Shown: piece by piece, positions 1-9,518 of the stretch
How positions within the stretch are numbered: position 1 is the first letter of the stretch
How the letters are laid out: every line of letters starts with the position of its first letter
DNA from: an uncultured Bacteroidia bacterium
GTDB lineage: Bacteria; Bacteroidota; Bacteroidia; J057
Length of the DNA stretch: 64,000 bases
Direction of reading: 5' to 3'
Assembly: GCA_964468435.1 (NCBI GenBank)
Contig: CAYXVE010000001.1
Location: forward strand, 165,020 to 229,019
The notes under the pieces: model-generated
Databases searched by the model: none
Told to the model about the DNA's origin: nothing
Seen by the model: the letters and a program-made list of their open reading frames with translations, nothing else
Translations under genes and position numbers: made by a program

Positions 1-215
1 GTTAGTGCAGTCGCTTCAGAAGGATAATTCAGGGTGTATTTTCCTTCTGTATTAGTAAAGGCACCAATTGTGGTACCTTTGACCACTACAGCAACCCCTT
101 CTAGCGGATCGCCAGTATCACCTACGGTGACGGTGCCAGCCACTGTGCCTTGAGCCCAGCTTGTACCCATGGAAATAATAGTAGAAAATAAGAAAAGTAA
201 AAGTTGATTTTTCAT
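1..215 (-). CDS. TonB-dependent outer-membrane receptor (SusC/RagA-like), N-terminal fragment; the gene continues past the window start
   Basis: Hand translation of the minus strand from the ATG at 215-213 gives MKNQLLLFLFSTIISMGTSWAQGTVAGTVTVGDTGDPLEGVAVVVKGTTIGAFTNTEGKYTLNYPSEATAL. This is a signal peptide followed by the G-x-V-x-D-x-x-G-x-P-L-x-G-V-x-V-x-V-K-G-T pattern of the carboxypeptidase-regulatory-like domain that heads Bacteroidota TonB receptors. It is absent from the ORF track because it runs off the window. Confidence 0.6.
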   Translation of the reverse strand, partial: MKNQLLLFLFSTIISMGTSWAQGTVAGTVTVGDTGDPLEGVAVVVKGTTIGAFTNTEGKYTLNYPSEATAL

Positions 216-783
216 AGTAAAGGTTAATTGAATGACTTTTACAAATGATACATAAAGAACAGCTTTTGATCTTATTTATGTATCAAAAGCATGAAGACGG
301 CAATAAAATTCTTACATGTTTCTGGCAGAAACGATTTTTTGACTATCGATGCTATTCAGCGTTTCTTGTTGATTTATAGTACTACTTTTCGACGGTACTG
401 CAGGGGCTATCAGCAGCAGTTGATTTTCAGACTGTGTGGATGAATACTTATGAAAACTTATAACAGCTTCCTGAATTATTGAAGATGAATAATCAATCTC
501 TTATCTTGATCTAAATCTATTTTTAAATGGTATTTTCTTACTAACTTCCATATAAAATAGATGGTTGCTTCGAGATTAACAAAATCACAACAAATTTCTG
601 CAAAAATATGATGATAATGAATCATTATATATGATTTATTGGATAAATTTATCAAAACATCTTATAACAATACCCTTTTTCTAAAAAAATCCTAATAAAA
701 TTCATTCATATAAGAAAATTTTGAATCCAGAATACATGAAGCTGAAGCTATGCTACTTGTACTAGCAGGAGCGGGGCATGGAA

Positions 784-2733
784 TTAGCTTTGGTGAAAAC
801 GTTTAACAGTTGTCTGATACAGATACCAGCAGACTATAGCGAGCAGTAACAAACCTGGCCAGTCCCCCAGAGGTTGATCGATCAATGCCAGGATGTCGTT
901 TTGCTTGTAGATGGCAACTGGTATGGCCAGGAATATTCCCAGAAGTGCTTCACCAGTGATCAGGCCGGATGCGATCAGCAATCCGGTACGGTTGCTACGT
1001 TGTAAAGCCCCAGGTTGCTCGCCATGTAAGGAAATTTGCTTTTTTTGATATGTATTGACCCAATAAGCAATGATACCGCCCAGCATGATAGCAGTATCCA
1101 GTTCAAAGGGAAGGTACAGCCCTACTGCTACTGCCAGTACGGGTGTGCGAAAAGATGAGCCAATCCCTTTGAGGTATTGATCCAGTATGATAATAGCCAC
1201 ACCTATACCAATCCCTATACCCACCAGGTTCCAGGGTAGGTTTTGCTTAAATACCCCTTCCGCTACACTTTGCATTAGCGTAGCTTGTGGTGCTGTAAGA
1301 GGGTTGGGATGGGCTTCAGTAGGTGCACCAAATCCATAGGCGGTATTCAGCAGATCCAGCACAAAGGGAATAGCCACTGCTGCCGATACTACACCGACCA
1401 TCTGCATGATTTGTTGTTTCTGGGGTGTAGCCCCCAGGATATGACCAGCCTTAAGATCTTGCATATTATCGCCGGCAATGGCTGCTGCACAACATACGAC
1501 TGCACCGATCAGAATAGCAGCAGCAGCTCCATTTCCTGAACCTGTCCCCATCAAAGCCAACAGGATCAGAGAAGCAGTCAGGATCGTGGCAATGGTAACC
1601 CCAGATATGGGATTATTGGAACTGCCAACCAGACCTGCCATGTATCCTGCTACTGCTGAAAAAAGAAATCCTGCAATGATCATCAATACGGCCATGAGTG
1701 CCGAGATCTGGATTATTTCTACCTCCCTCAGAAATATGATAAAGATGGGGATAATCATCGCTGCGATCAGTATGATGACCCAGGACATGGGGGTATCCCG
1801 TTCTGTTCGTAGAGGAGTCACTTTCTTGCGGTTTTTGAAAGATTCAATTCCTTCTTTGATAGCAAATCCTAGTGAATCTTTGAGGCTTATCAGGGCCCAT
1901 ATTCCCCCCACAACCATTGCACCTACTCCCAGATAGCGGATCTGGGTGCTCCAGAGGGTTTCGCCAAGTTCTACGGGATTTTCTATATCAGGAATGTTTC
2001 CAGTAGCTACCATGATCGGTATCGCTATCCACCAACTTATGACGCCGCCTGCAAATATCAGGACAGCAATTTTTATACCCACAATATAGCCGACTGCTAC
2101 TAAAGCTGGCGAGAGGTTCAGACCAAAAAAAGCATACACTTTTTTTCCTAATATTCCTGCTCTGACAAAGGTTTCTTTCCACAACTGAAATCCGGCAGCA
2201 GCTAGTTTTGTCGCTGCTCCTATCAACCCAGCTATTGCCAGGTAGCGGATTGCTTTTCCCCCTTCTTCTCCAGATTTAAGTACCTCGGAGGTAGCTAAAC
2301 CCTCTGGAAACATCAGTTTTTGCCGTACGATTAGGGCAGAGCGCAGAGGAATGGTAAACAAGACGCCCAGAACACCTCCGCAAAGTGCAATTAATGCTGT
2401 TTCCAGATAATTGAACGATTGCCAATACCCCATGAGTATTAAAGCTGGAAATGTGAAGATAGCCCCGGCTGCCAGGGATTCACCCGCTGATGCTGCCGTC
2501 TGTACAGCATTGTTTTCCAGAATATTATGCTTCTTGAATAAGCTGAGAATGGACATGGATATTACTGCTGCAGGAATGGATGCTGATACGGTCATACCTG
2601 CAAATAGACCGAGGTATGCATTGGCGCCTGCAAGTACCATAGAAAGAACGATACCCAGTAATATCCCCTTGGTCGATATTTCTGTTAATTGTTTATCTGG
2701 ACCAATATGCGGTTCATGTTGTGATTCATTCAT
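784..2733 (-). CDS. OPT-family oligopeptide transporter (polytopic membrane protein)
   Basis: 649-aa ORF that is hydrophobic throughout. The N-terminus (TEISTKGILLGIVLSMVLAGANAYLGLFAGMTVSASIPAAVISM) is typical of the bacterial OPT superfamily. ATG start. Confidence 0.8.
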   Translation of the reverse strand: MNESQHEPHIGPDKQLTEISTKGILLGIVLSMVLAGANAYLGLFAGMTVSASIPAAVISMSILSLFKKHNILENNAVQTAASAGESLAAGAIFTFPALILMGYWQSFNYLETALIALCGGVLGVLFTIPLRSALIVRQKLMFPEGLATSEVLKSGEEGGKAIRYLAIAGLIGAATKLAAAGFQLWKETFVRAGILGKKVYAFFGLNLSPALVAVGYIVGIKIAVLIFAGGVISWWIAIPIMVATGNIPDIENPVELGETLWSTQIRYLGVGAMVVGGIWALISLKDSLGFAIKEGIESFKNRKKVTPLRTERDTPMSWVIILIAAMIIPIFIIFLREVEIIQISALMAVLMIIAGFLFSAVAGYMAGLVGSSNNPISGVTIATILTASLILLALMGTGSGNGAAAAILIGAVVCCAAAIAGDNMQDLKAGHILGATPQKQQIMQMVGVVSAAVAIPFVLDLLNTAYGFGAPTEAHPNPLTAPQATLMQSVAEGVFKQNLPWNLVGIGIGIGVAIIILDQYLKGIGSSFRTPVLAVAVGLYLPFELDTAIMLGGIIAYWVNTYQKKQISLHGEQPGALQRSNRTGLLIASGLITGEALLGIFLAIPVAIYKQNDILALIDQPLGDWPGLLLLAIVCWYLYQTTVKRFHQS

Positions 2734-2833
2734 AGAAAATGCTATGTGAGGAGCGTGTTTGTTGAGTTTTTTTGCTTTTTGATTTGTTTAAATTACCAAT
2801 TTGGATAATATTTCAAAATTATTTAGAGATAAT

Positions 2834-3655
2834 ATGATGGCAAGCAAAATAGGCCTTTACATGCTAGTAAGCGTAGTGGGAGCTGCAATAGTTTCCGCTC
2901 AGCCTGTATCAGCTGTGAGCAATCCGGTATTTATAAACTTTGGCATGCCTGAAATTGTGCTGGATGGCGAGGTATTTTTCAATGACCAAAACAACAATAA
3001 CACCCTTGATGCAAGTGAGCGGGTGCAGTTTAGCTTTTTTATTAAAAACGTAGGTAAATATGTGGCCAACAGAGTAAGGATACGCACAAAAGTGGGGAAT
3101 GATGCGACGGGAATCATTGTGCCTGAAAAAATATCCCTTGGAAATATGGCACCAAATGAACGGAAACTGATCAAACGGGTGATTGAAGGTGGCCAGGACT
3201 TGCAAAGTGGAACGGCAGAGCTAAGATTTGAGATTGTCGAAAACGATTCCCTGTCTCATGTTATACCCTATGAGGTCAAGACTTATAGTATATCAAAAAA
3301 ACCAAGGCTCGATATCATAAGCCATGCATTCCTGACTACTGATGATAGCCCTACCATACAGCCCGGATCTCCATTTGAATTAAAAGTAAGATTGAAAAAT
3401 ACAGGTGGTGGAGATGCGCAAAATATTCGGTTTGAATTTGACGTGCCTCCGCATATACTGATTAATTCTGATCTTGATGCCAGCACGATCGAATCGCTGA
3501 AACCCAATGAGATTACTGAAACCACATTCAACTTCCTGATGGGTGTCAACTATCAGAATAGTAAGATACTCATAGATATCAGAGTATTTGATGATAATAC
3601 AGATTCTGGTGAATCCAGAACTTTCTCCGAGCCTGTGATCATTAACCGGGATTAA
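2834..3655 (+). CDS. Secreted hypothetical protein with two tandem CARDB-like beta-sandwich repeats
   Basis: The ORF track starts at TTG 2801. The in-frame ATG at 2834 gives MMASKIGLYMLVSVVGAAIVSAQPVSA, a signal peptide. Two internally similar segments are present (FSFFIKNVGKYVANRVRIRT / LKVRLKNTGGGDAQNIRFEF, each followed by a PNE motif). Confidence 0.6.
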   Translation: MMASKIGLYMLVSVVGAAIVSAQPVSAVSNPVFINFGMPEIVLDGEVFFNDQNNNNTLDASERVQFSFFIKNVGKYVANRVRIRTKVGNDATGIIVPEKISLGNMAPNERKLIKRVIEGGQDLQSGTAELRFEIVENDSLSHVIPYEVKTYSISKKPRLDIISHAFLTTDDSPTIQPGSPFELKVRLKNTGGGDAQNIRFEFDVPPHILINSDLDASTIESLKPNEITETTFNFLMGVNYQNSKILIDIRVFDDNTDSGESRTFSEPVIINRD

Positions 3656-3674
3656 ATTCCATGAGCGTATTGAT

Positions 3675-5048
3675 ATGAATTATTCTAGTTCATCGTGGAA
3701 AAGGGTTTCCAGGAGTGTAAGAGATTTTATTGACACCCATCATCTTTTTTCGCACGAGGATCGCGTGCTGGTAGCAGTCAGTGGTGGGCCTGATTCCATA
3801 TTTTTATTACATATACTCCATTATCTGGAATATGAGCTAGGTATAGCACATGTGAATTATCAACTCCGTGGTGCGGATTCAGATTCAGAAGAAGCAATCA
3901 TTCATCAGTTGGCAGATGCATGGAAATTACCCGTATGGATCAAAAAGGTCAACACCAGAATCCTGGTGGAAGAGGGAAATGAATCCTTACAGATGATTGC
4001 CAGGGAACAGCGTTACACCTTTTTTGAAGAACTCCTCAACAGAGAGGATTTTGATGTTTGTGCGACGGCTCATCACGCTGGTGATGATATGGAGACGATT
4101 TTCCTTTCGTTTCTGAAAGGTAATCAGTTTGACCTTTTTCAGCGGATTCCTTACAAGCGAGACAGATATGTGAGACCGTTGATACAGACCACTAAGCAGG
4201 ATATTCTGGATGCTTTACATGATGCTGGTGTGTCATATAGTATTGACTATACCAATTTCCAGAATGTTTACCTGAGAAATCGTATCAGGAACCAGATTAT
4301 CCCAACTGCGGCTGAAATCAATCCCAACTTGCAGCACCACATTCTGAGTCGGGTAGCTTGGTATGAGCAACAAATTGGGATGTTGCGGCAGATCTTGTCT
4401 GAGTGGTATGAAGCTGCTGTGGAAGAGGATGCGGTTTTGAAAAAGTTGGGGGATGTGAAATTCAGACAGAGCAATTTAAGAGAATATATACAGGTTTTTT
4501 ATGCTTATGTATTGTCTCGGTGGGGGCTTCACGGCCACCTACTGTGGGAATCAGTGGGATTATGTGATAGCATGACAGGAAAACAGGTAGATTTACCAGA
4601 TGGAAGGACGATTTACCGTACTCGTGAGGGGTTGGAGATGTTTGTATTAACAGATACAAGTCAATGGAACTACACATGGATGCAAGTATCAGAAAAAGCA
4701 ATCATTAAAGTTCCATTTAGGCGAAACTTTTTAATAGTTAAAAAATATAACACTGTTAAAAATATCTATAAAAATCCTAGGTCTTTATGTATGGATCTCT
4801 CCAAACTCTCTTTTCCGGTTGTATTCCGCACATGGCATGAAGGAGATAAAATGATTCCTTTGGGGATGAAACACCCCAAAAAGATCAGTGATATATTTAT
4901 TGATGAAAAGTATTCTCCACATGAAAAATATACAGCCATCGTTGTGGAATCACAGGGGGTGATTATTGGGTTAATGGGTTTCAGGGTAGCTGATACAGTC
5001 AAAATAGATGAAAATACGCGTGAGATGATTGAAATCCAATGGGGCTGA
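3675..5048 (+). CDS. tilS: tRNA(Ile)-lysidine synthetase
   Basis: 457 aa with the N-terminal PP-loop VAVSGGPDS. Length and C-terminal domain are typical of TilS. Confidence 0.88.
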   Translation: MNYSSSSWKRVSRSVRDFIDTHHLFSHEDRVLVAVSGGPDSIFLLHILHYLEYELGIAHVNYQLRGADSDSEEAIIHQLADAWKLPVWIKKVNTRILVEEGNESLQMIAREQRYTFFEELLNREDFDVCATAHHAGDDMETIFLSFLKGNQFDLFQRIPYKRDRYVRPLIQTTKQDILDALHDAGVSYSIDYTNFQNVYLRNRIRNQIIPTAAEINPNLQHHILSRVAWYEQQIGMLRQILSEWYEAAVEEDAVLKKLGDVKFRQSNLREYIQVFYAYVLSRWGLHGHLLWESVGLCDSMTGKQVDLPDGRTIYRTREGLEMFVLTDTSQWNYTWMQVSEKAIIKVPFRRNFLIVKKYNTVKNIYKNPRSLCMDLSKLSFPVVFRTWHEGDKMIPLGMKHPKKISDIFIDEKYSPHEKYTAIVVESQGVIIGLMGFRVADTVKIDENTREMIEIQWG

Positions 5049-5209
5049 GTGTTAATAAATCTCTGTTGTATTGCTCAGAACTTTGAGAAAATAGATCTCC
5101 AACGATTTTTTGGGTTAAATCCATTTAAATAATATGAATCTTACAAAAAACCATTATTTTTGGCGCGATTGTATGATTTATATCAATTCAGTCTTCACAA
5201 CCACATTTT

Positions 5210-5848
5210 ATGAAAATTGGTATATTAGGAACTGGTAATTTAGGCGAAGCTCTTACAAAGGCATTGTCCAGAAAAGCATATCACGTCATGCTGGGGTCGC
5301 GTGAATCTGCTAAGGCAATTGAAATTGCTGGTGGAATCGACCATTATGCAAAAGGAGCTACCATTGCAAATACTATTCATTATGGTGAGATAATAATACT
5401 AGCTGTTCCTTACAAATCTATTGAAGAAATCCTTCGCAACACAGATAATTTCAGGGGAAAGATCGTCATTGACGCGACCAATCCTCTGGTTTTTGAAGGA
5501 ATGCCAGACCTGGCTTTTGGACATAGCACATCTGCTGCTGAGCAGATTGCCAAAATGCTTCCAGAGGTTAAGGTTGTTAAAGCGTTTAATACAGCTTTTA
5601 CTGAGACCTATACTTACAGCTCTTTTGGTCCCAATGATGCTTCGATGTTTTACTGTGGTGATGATGAAGATGCAAAACAGGTTGTAAAGAAAATCATATC
5701 AGATATAGACTTGGATCCTGTGGATTGTGGCCCACTGAGTAGTGCACGAATGCTTGAGTCCCTGGCTGCCCTGCTGATCAGATTGGGGGTAAATATGGGA
5801 TTGGGTAGAGAAATTGCTTTTAAATTATTGAAGCGGGAAGATTTTTGA
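5210..5848 (+). CDS. NAD(P)-binding oxidoreductase (NADPH-dependent F420 reductase / ProC-like Rossmann family)
   Basis: 212 aa with the N-terminal dinucleotide-binding motif MKIGILGTGNLGEAL. Family-level call only. Confidence 0.55.
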   Translation: MKIGILGTGNLGEALTKALSRKAYHVMLGSRESAKAIEIAGGIDHYAKGATIANTIHYGEIIILAVPYKSIEEILRNTDNFRGKIVIDATNPLVFEGMPDLAFGHSTSAAEQIAKMLPEVKVVKAFNTAFTETYTYSSFGPNDASMFYCGDDEDAKQVVKKIISDIDLDPVDCGPLSSARMLESLAALLIRLGVNMGLGREIAFKLLKREDF

Positions 5849-5893
5849 TTATTTCCTGTTCTTCTTGATCTAAATATAAACCTGACATTTTTT

Positions 5894-6703
5894 ATGGGAC
5901 ATCAACTCTTAGCTGGCAAAAAGGGCCTAATATTTGGTGCTTTGGATAAGCAGTCTATTGCTTGGAAGGTAGCAGAACAGGCTTTTGATGAGGGTGCTGA
6001 ATTTTTGCTGACAAATGCACCGGTAGCGCTGCGCATGGGTAAGATCAATGAACTCGCGGAAAAAACTCATACGAAGGTAATTCCCGCCGACGCTACTTCT
6101 CTAGAGGATCTAAATGCGTTGCTGGATGAGGCTGAAAAGCAGTATGGGAAGCTCGATTTTGTATTGCATTCCATTGGAATGTCTCCTAATGTCCGTAAAA
6201 AGAGAGTCTATACCAATCTCAACTATTCCTGGTTTGAAAAGACCCTGGATATATCTGCTGTTTCGTTTCATAAAATCATGCAACTATTATACGAACGGGA
6301 TTTGATGAACGAATGGGGATCCATACTTGCATTGAGTTATGTGGCTGCACAACGTACTTTCCCGGAATACAACGACATGGCTGAGGCCAAAGCACTCCTC
6401 GAATCCATCGCCAGAAGCTTTGGGTATCACTTTGGCAAGAAATCCTACGTGCGTGTCAATACCATTTCCCAATCACCTACTCCTACCACAGCAGGTACAG
6501 GTGTGGCAGGGTTTGACAAGATGTTGAATTATGGGGATAAGATGTCTCCGCTTGGCAATGCTACTGCAAATGAATGCGCCAGCTATTGTATTATCATGTT
6601 TTCTGACTACACTCGGAAGGTAACCATGCAAAACCTCTATCACGACGGAGGATTCTCCAACATGGGTATCGCTCCAGACTTATTGAAGAACATGGAATTC
6701 TGA
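5894..6703 (+). CDS. fabI: Enoyl-[acyl-carrier-protein] reductase (NADH), FabI type
   Basis: 269 aa. It has LAGKKGLIFGALDKQSIAW at the N-terminus and a Y-x6-K catalytic pattern (YNDMAEAKA). SDR fold of FabI length. Confidence 0.78.
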   Translation: MGHQLLAGKKGLIFGALDKQSIAWKVAEQAFDEGAEFLLTNAPVALRMGKINELAEKTHTKVIPADATSLEDLNALLDEAEKQYGKLDFVLHSIGMSPNVRKKRVYTNLNYSWFEKTLDISAVSFHKIMQLLYERDLMNEWGSILALSYVAAQRTFPEYNDMAEAKALLESIARSFGYHFGKKSYVRVNTISQSPTPTTAGTGVAGFDKMLNYGDKMSPLGNATANECASYCIIMFSDYTRKVTMQNLYHDGGFSNMGIAPDLLKNMEF

Positions 6704-6721
6704 ACACAAACAGCAGGTGAT

Positions 6722-8035
6722 TTATCCAAAAAATACCTGATGCAATGTAGCTATAGCTTTCTCAGCGTCATGGTTGTTGATCACAAAGCTGAGGTTGATA
6801 TCGCTAGCTCCCTGAGAGATCATGTTGACATATATTCCTGTCTCCGAGATAGCCTGGAAGACTTTGCCAGGTATAGACACATCATTGTTGAGGCCTTCGC
6901 CTACAATGCAGATGATACTTTTACCCGTTTCTACTTTGACCTGTGCGAAATCAGATAGCTCTTTTACCAGTGGCTCGAGTTCCATTTCATTTTCAACCGT
7001 GACAGATACACTTACCTCACTGGTGGATACCACATCCACTACGATTTGAAATTTTTCAAAAATATTGAAAATCCTGGCTAAAAAACCGAATGCATTCAGC
7101 ATTCTGAAAGAGTAAATGTTGATCAGGGAGATATTCTTTTTGACAGAAATAGCCTTTACTCGCTGCTGTGATTGAGGCACATCGGATAGAATTCTGGTAC
7201 CAGGATGGTTGATATTGGCAGTGTTTCTGACCACCACAGGTATTTGTTGATCCATAGCTGGGCGTATAGTTTTGGGATGTAATACTTTAGCTCCAAAATA
7301 TGCCAGTTCGGCTGCTTCTTTAAAGGACACTTCAGGTACATTCATAGCGGCGTGAACGATTCTGGGGTCTGTCGTAAGAATTCCATCGACATCTGTCCAG
7401 ATTTGAATTTCTTTGGCTTTAATAGCTGCTCCGATAATTGCTGCTGTGTAGTCGCTTCCGCCTCTTCCAAGGGTAGAGATAACCCCATCTATTGTTTTGC
7501 CGATAAAGCCTGTGATCACTGGCACATAGTCTATATCATTCAGGTGATTTCTAATCGATGTATATGCTTCGGCCAAAGGCTCTGCCTGCATAAAATGATC
7601 ATTGGTGATCATGCCTATGTTGTAAGCAAAATGATGCCTGGCGGCTATCCCCTTGCTGGTAAAATGTGCAGCCAGTATTTGGCAGGACATGCGTTCTCCA
7701 TAAGATAATAATAAGTCTGATGTTCTGGGGCTGATCTCTCCGATCATCCTGATACCTGTAAGGAGTTGGTGCAGTTCTTTGAGTTCTGCATTCAACATAT
7801 GGTCTGGAAGCCCCAGGCCCTGCAATACCTGTAGATGTTTATCCCTAATTGCTCCTATACTCACTTTGCCCAATAGCGCCTGTTTACCTGCATTGACCAG
7901 TAAATCTGTAATCCCACCTACCGCAGAAGTTACCACAAGTGGCCGGTGTTCATGCTGGGATTGTACGATTTGAAATACCTGGTCGATCCTTTCTGAAGAA
8001 CCCACTGAGGTTCCGCCAAATTTCATAACAATCAT
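6722..8035 (-). CDS. lysC: Aspartate kinase
   Basis: 437 aa. It has the MKFGGTSVGS N-terminus, an amino-acid kinase core and C-terminal ACT-like repeats. Confidence 0.88.
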   Translation of the reverse strand: MIVMKFGGTSVGSSERIDQVFQIVQSQHEHRPLVVTSAVGGITDLLVNAGKQALLGKVSIGAIRDKHLQVLQGLGLPDHMLNAELKELHQLLTGIRMIGEISPRTSDLLLSYGERMSCQILAAHFTSKGIAARHHFAYNIGMITNDHFMQAEPLAEAYTSIRNHLNDIDYVPVITGFIGKTIDGVISTLGRGGSDYTAAIIGAAIKAKEIQIWTDVDGILTTDPRIVHAAMNVPEVSFKEAAELAYFGAKVLHPKTIRPAMDQQIPVVVRNTANINHPGTRILSDVPQSQQRVKAISVKKNISLINIYSFRMLNAFGFLARIFNIFEKFQIVVDVVSTSEVSVSVTVENEMELEPLVKELSDFAQVKVETGKSIICIVGEGLNNDVSIPGKVFQAISETGIYVNMISQGASDINLSFVINNHDAEKAIATLHQVFFG

Positions 8036-8152
8036 AGTGCAATGACGCTCTTTTTATTGTACAGTGATTGATAAATCAGGGAGTGTACTGATGCAAATAA
8101 CAGCTCTCCAATCCGGAGTGCCAATCTAGAAACAATTACGATGAATGCAAAT

Positions 8153-9412
8153 TTATTGCAAGACTTTTGCTTCTGGCGCATTGGTTTGCCTGGGATAACA
8201 GAGAAAGTACTTCACAACAGGTTCTGAGAGTGCAGCGATATTCTGTACGTCGGATACTTCTACCAGATCTTTCAGATCTCCTGATTTAAACCAGATCATG
8301 ATGGGTTCTTTACTCCCTTTGAGGTAAGCCTGATTAGAAATTTTGCCTGTCTGCACAAAATAGGATATTTCATCCTCACTATAGTGGCATGTCTTGATGG
8401 CTTCATCGCGATACTGCTGTATTTCGGATTCGTTGAAGGGAATGTTTCGGAGTTCTACTTTTAGCAAATTTCTGCCAAGCAAGCGTTTACAAAGGTCAGA
8501 CAGTATGGGATCACGGTGATGCTGCCATTGTTTGATCGCATATTCTATGTTGTTATCATCCAGTTGAATGTATTTTACAATGACTTCCCCATTCAGGTCC
8601 TGCGGATGAATGTCAACACTAAAAAAGTACTCAAGAGGCTCTCCAGTAAATATATATTCTCCTGCTTTATACAACTCTTTTGCCCGCTTCAGAGCATTGA
8701 CTATGAGATACTCAGCTGAGAGAGCAGCTTTGTGAAGATAGACCTGCCAGTACATGAGCCGTCGTGCCACGATAAACTTTTCTACTGAATAAATGCCTTT
8801 GGACTCACAGACGAGTTTTTCATCATACACATTCAGGATCTTAATAATGCGGTCGATGCCTACCACTCCTTCTGCTACGCCTGTGAAGAAGCTGTCGCGG
8901 ATCAGATAATCCATGCGATCCATGTCCAGTTGACTGGACACAAGTTGATGTAAAAAAGTTCTGGGATAAGTACCTTCAAATATTCTGATAGCTAAATCGA
9001 GTCTTCCGTTTAATTCCTGGTTGAGGTAATTCATCAATGCAACGCTCATGTCTTCATGGTGAAGACCGGGAATGATGGCTGATTCCAGCGCATGTGAAAA
9101 AGGACCATGTCCTATATCGTGAAGGAGAATAGCGATCAGGGCTGCTTCGTATTCCTTCTCTGAGATCCCGACGGATTTTCGCCTCAACACATCCAGTGCC
9201 TGTCTCATCAAGTGTAAGGCACCTAATGCATGGCTGAAACGTGTGTGAGTAGCTCCAGGATATACCAGGGAACTTAGGCCCAACTGCTTGATACGTCTCA
9301 GGCGTTGAAAAACAGGTGTATCGATCAATCCTAGGATAGTATCTTTGGGTACTTCAATAAACCCGTGAACAGGGTCGTTGATTATTTTGGATAAATTCAG
9401 ACTGTATATCAA
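8153..9412 (-). CDS. HD-domain phosphohydrolase (COG1078 / SAMHD1-like family)
   Basis: 419 aa. Motifs are INDPVHGFIEV...FQRLRRIKQLG...YPGATHTRFSHALG...LLHDIGHGPFSH. The start appears to be TTG at 9412, with no nearby in-frame ATG. Confidence 0.78.
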   Translation of the reverse strand: MIYSLNLSKIINDPVHGFIEVPKDTILGLIDTPVFQRLRRIKQLGLSSLVYPGATHTRFSHALGALHLMRQALDVLRRKSVGISEKEYEAALIAILLHDIGHGPFSHALESAIIPGLHHEDMSVALMNYLNQELNGRLDLAIRIFEGTYPRTFLHQLVSSQLDMDRMDYLIRDSFFTGVAEGVVGIDRIIKILNVYDEKLVCESKGIYSVEKFIVARRLMYWQVYLHKAALSAEYLIVNALKRAKELYKAGEYIFTGEPLEYFFSVDIHPQDLNGEVIVKYIQLDDNNIEYAIKQWQHHRDPILSDLCKRLLGRNLLKVELRNIPFNESEIQQYRDEAIKTCHYSEDEISYFVQTGKISNQAYLKGSKEPIMIWFKSGDLKDLVEVSDVQNIAALSEPVVKYFLCYPRQTNAPEAKVLQ

Positions 9413-9518
9413 TTTATAGGTTATTTTACACGATATAAAGATGTAATACGCATTTATGTATCTAAAGGGTGAAAACGGCGTAATGAAAGAAAACGAAAAT
9501 TATTAAAAATCAAAATCT

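Noticed and set aside
312-551. An interrupted 80-codon reading frame lies on the minus strand upstream of the TonB receptor gene (MEVSKKIPFKNRFRSR*EIDYSSS...SARNM*). It could be a decayed regulator such as an anti-sigma factor.
   Set aside because: I recognise no family motif, and there is an in-frame stop after 16 codons. The AT-rich context makes chance open frames of this size unremarkable. BLASTX would be needed to revive it.
8153-9412. The HD-domain SAMHD1-like phosphohydrolase could be an anti-phage dNTP-depletion defence gene.
   Set aside because: It is a single gene of the widespread COG1078 family, embedded between lysC and the PorX-like gene. It has no defence-island context, no mobile-element flanks and no compositional anomaly.
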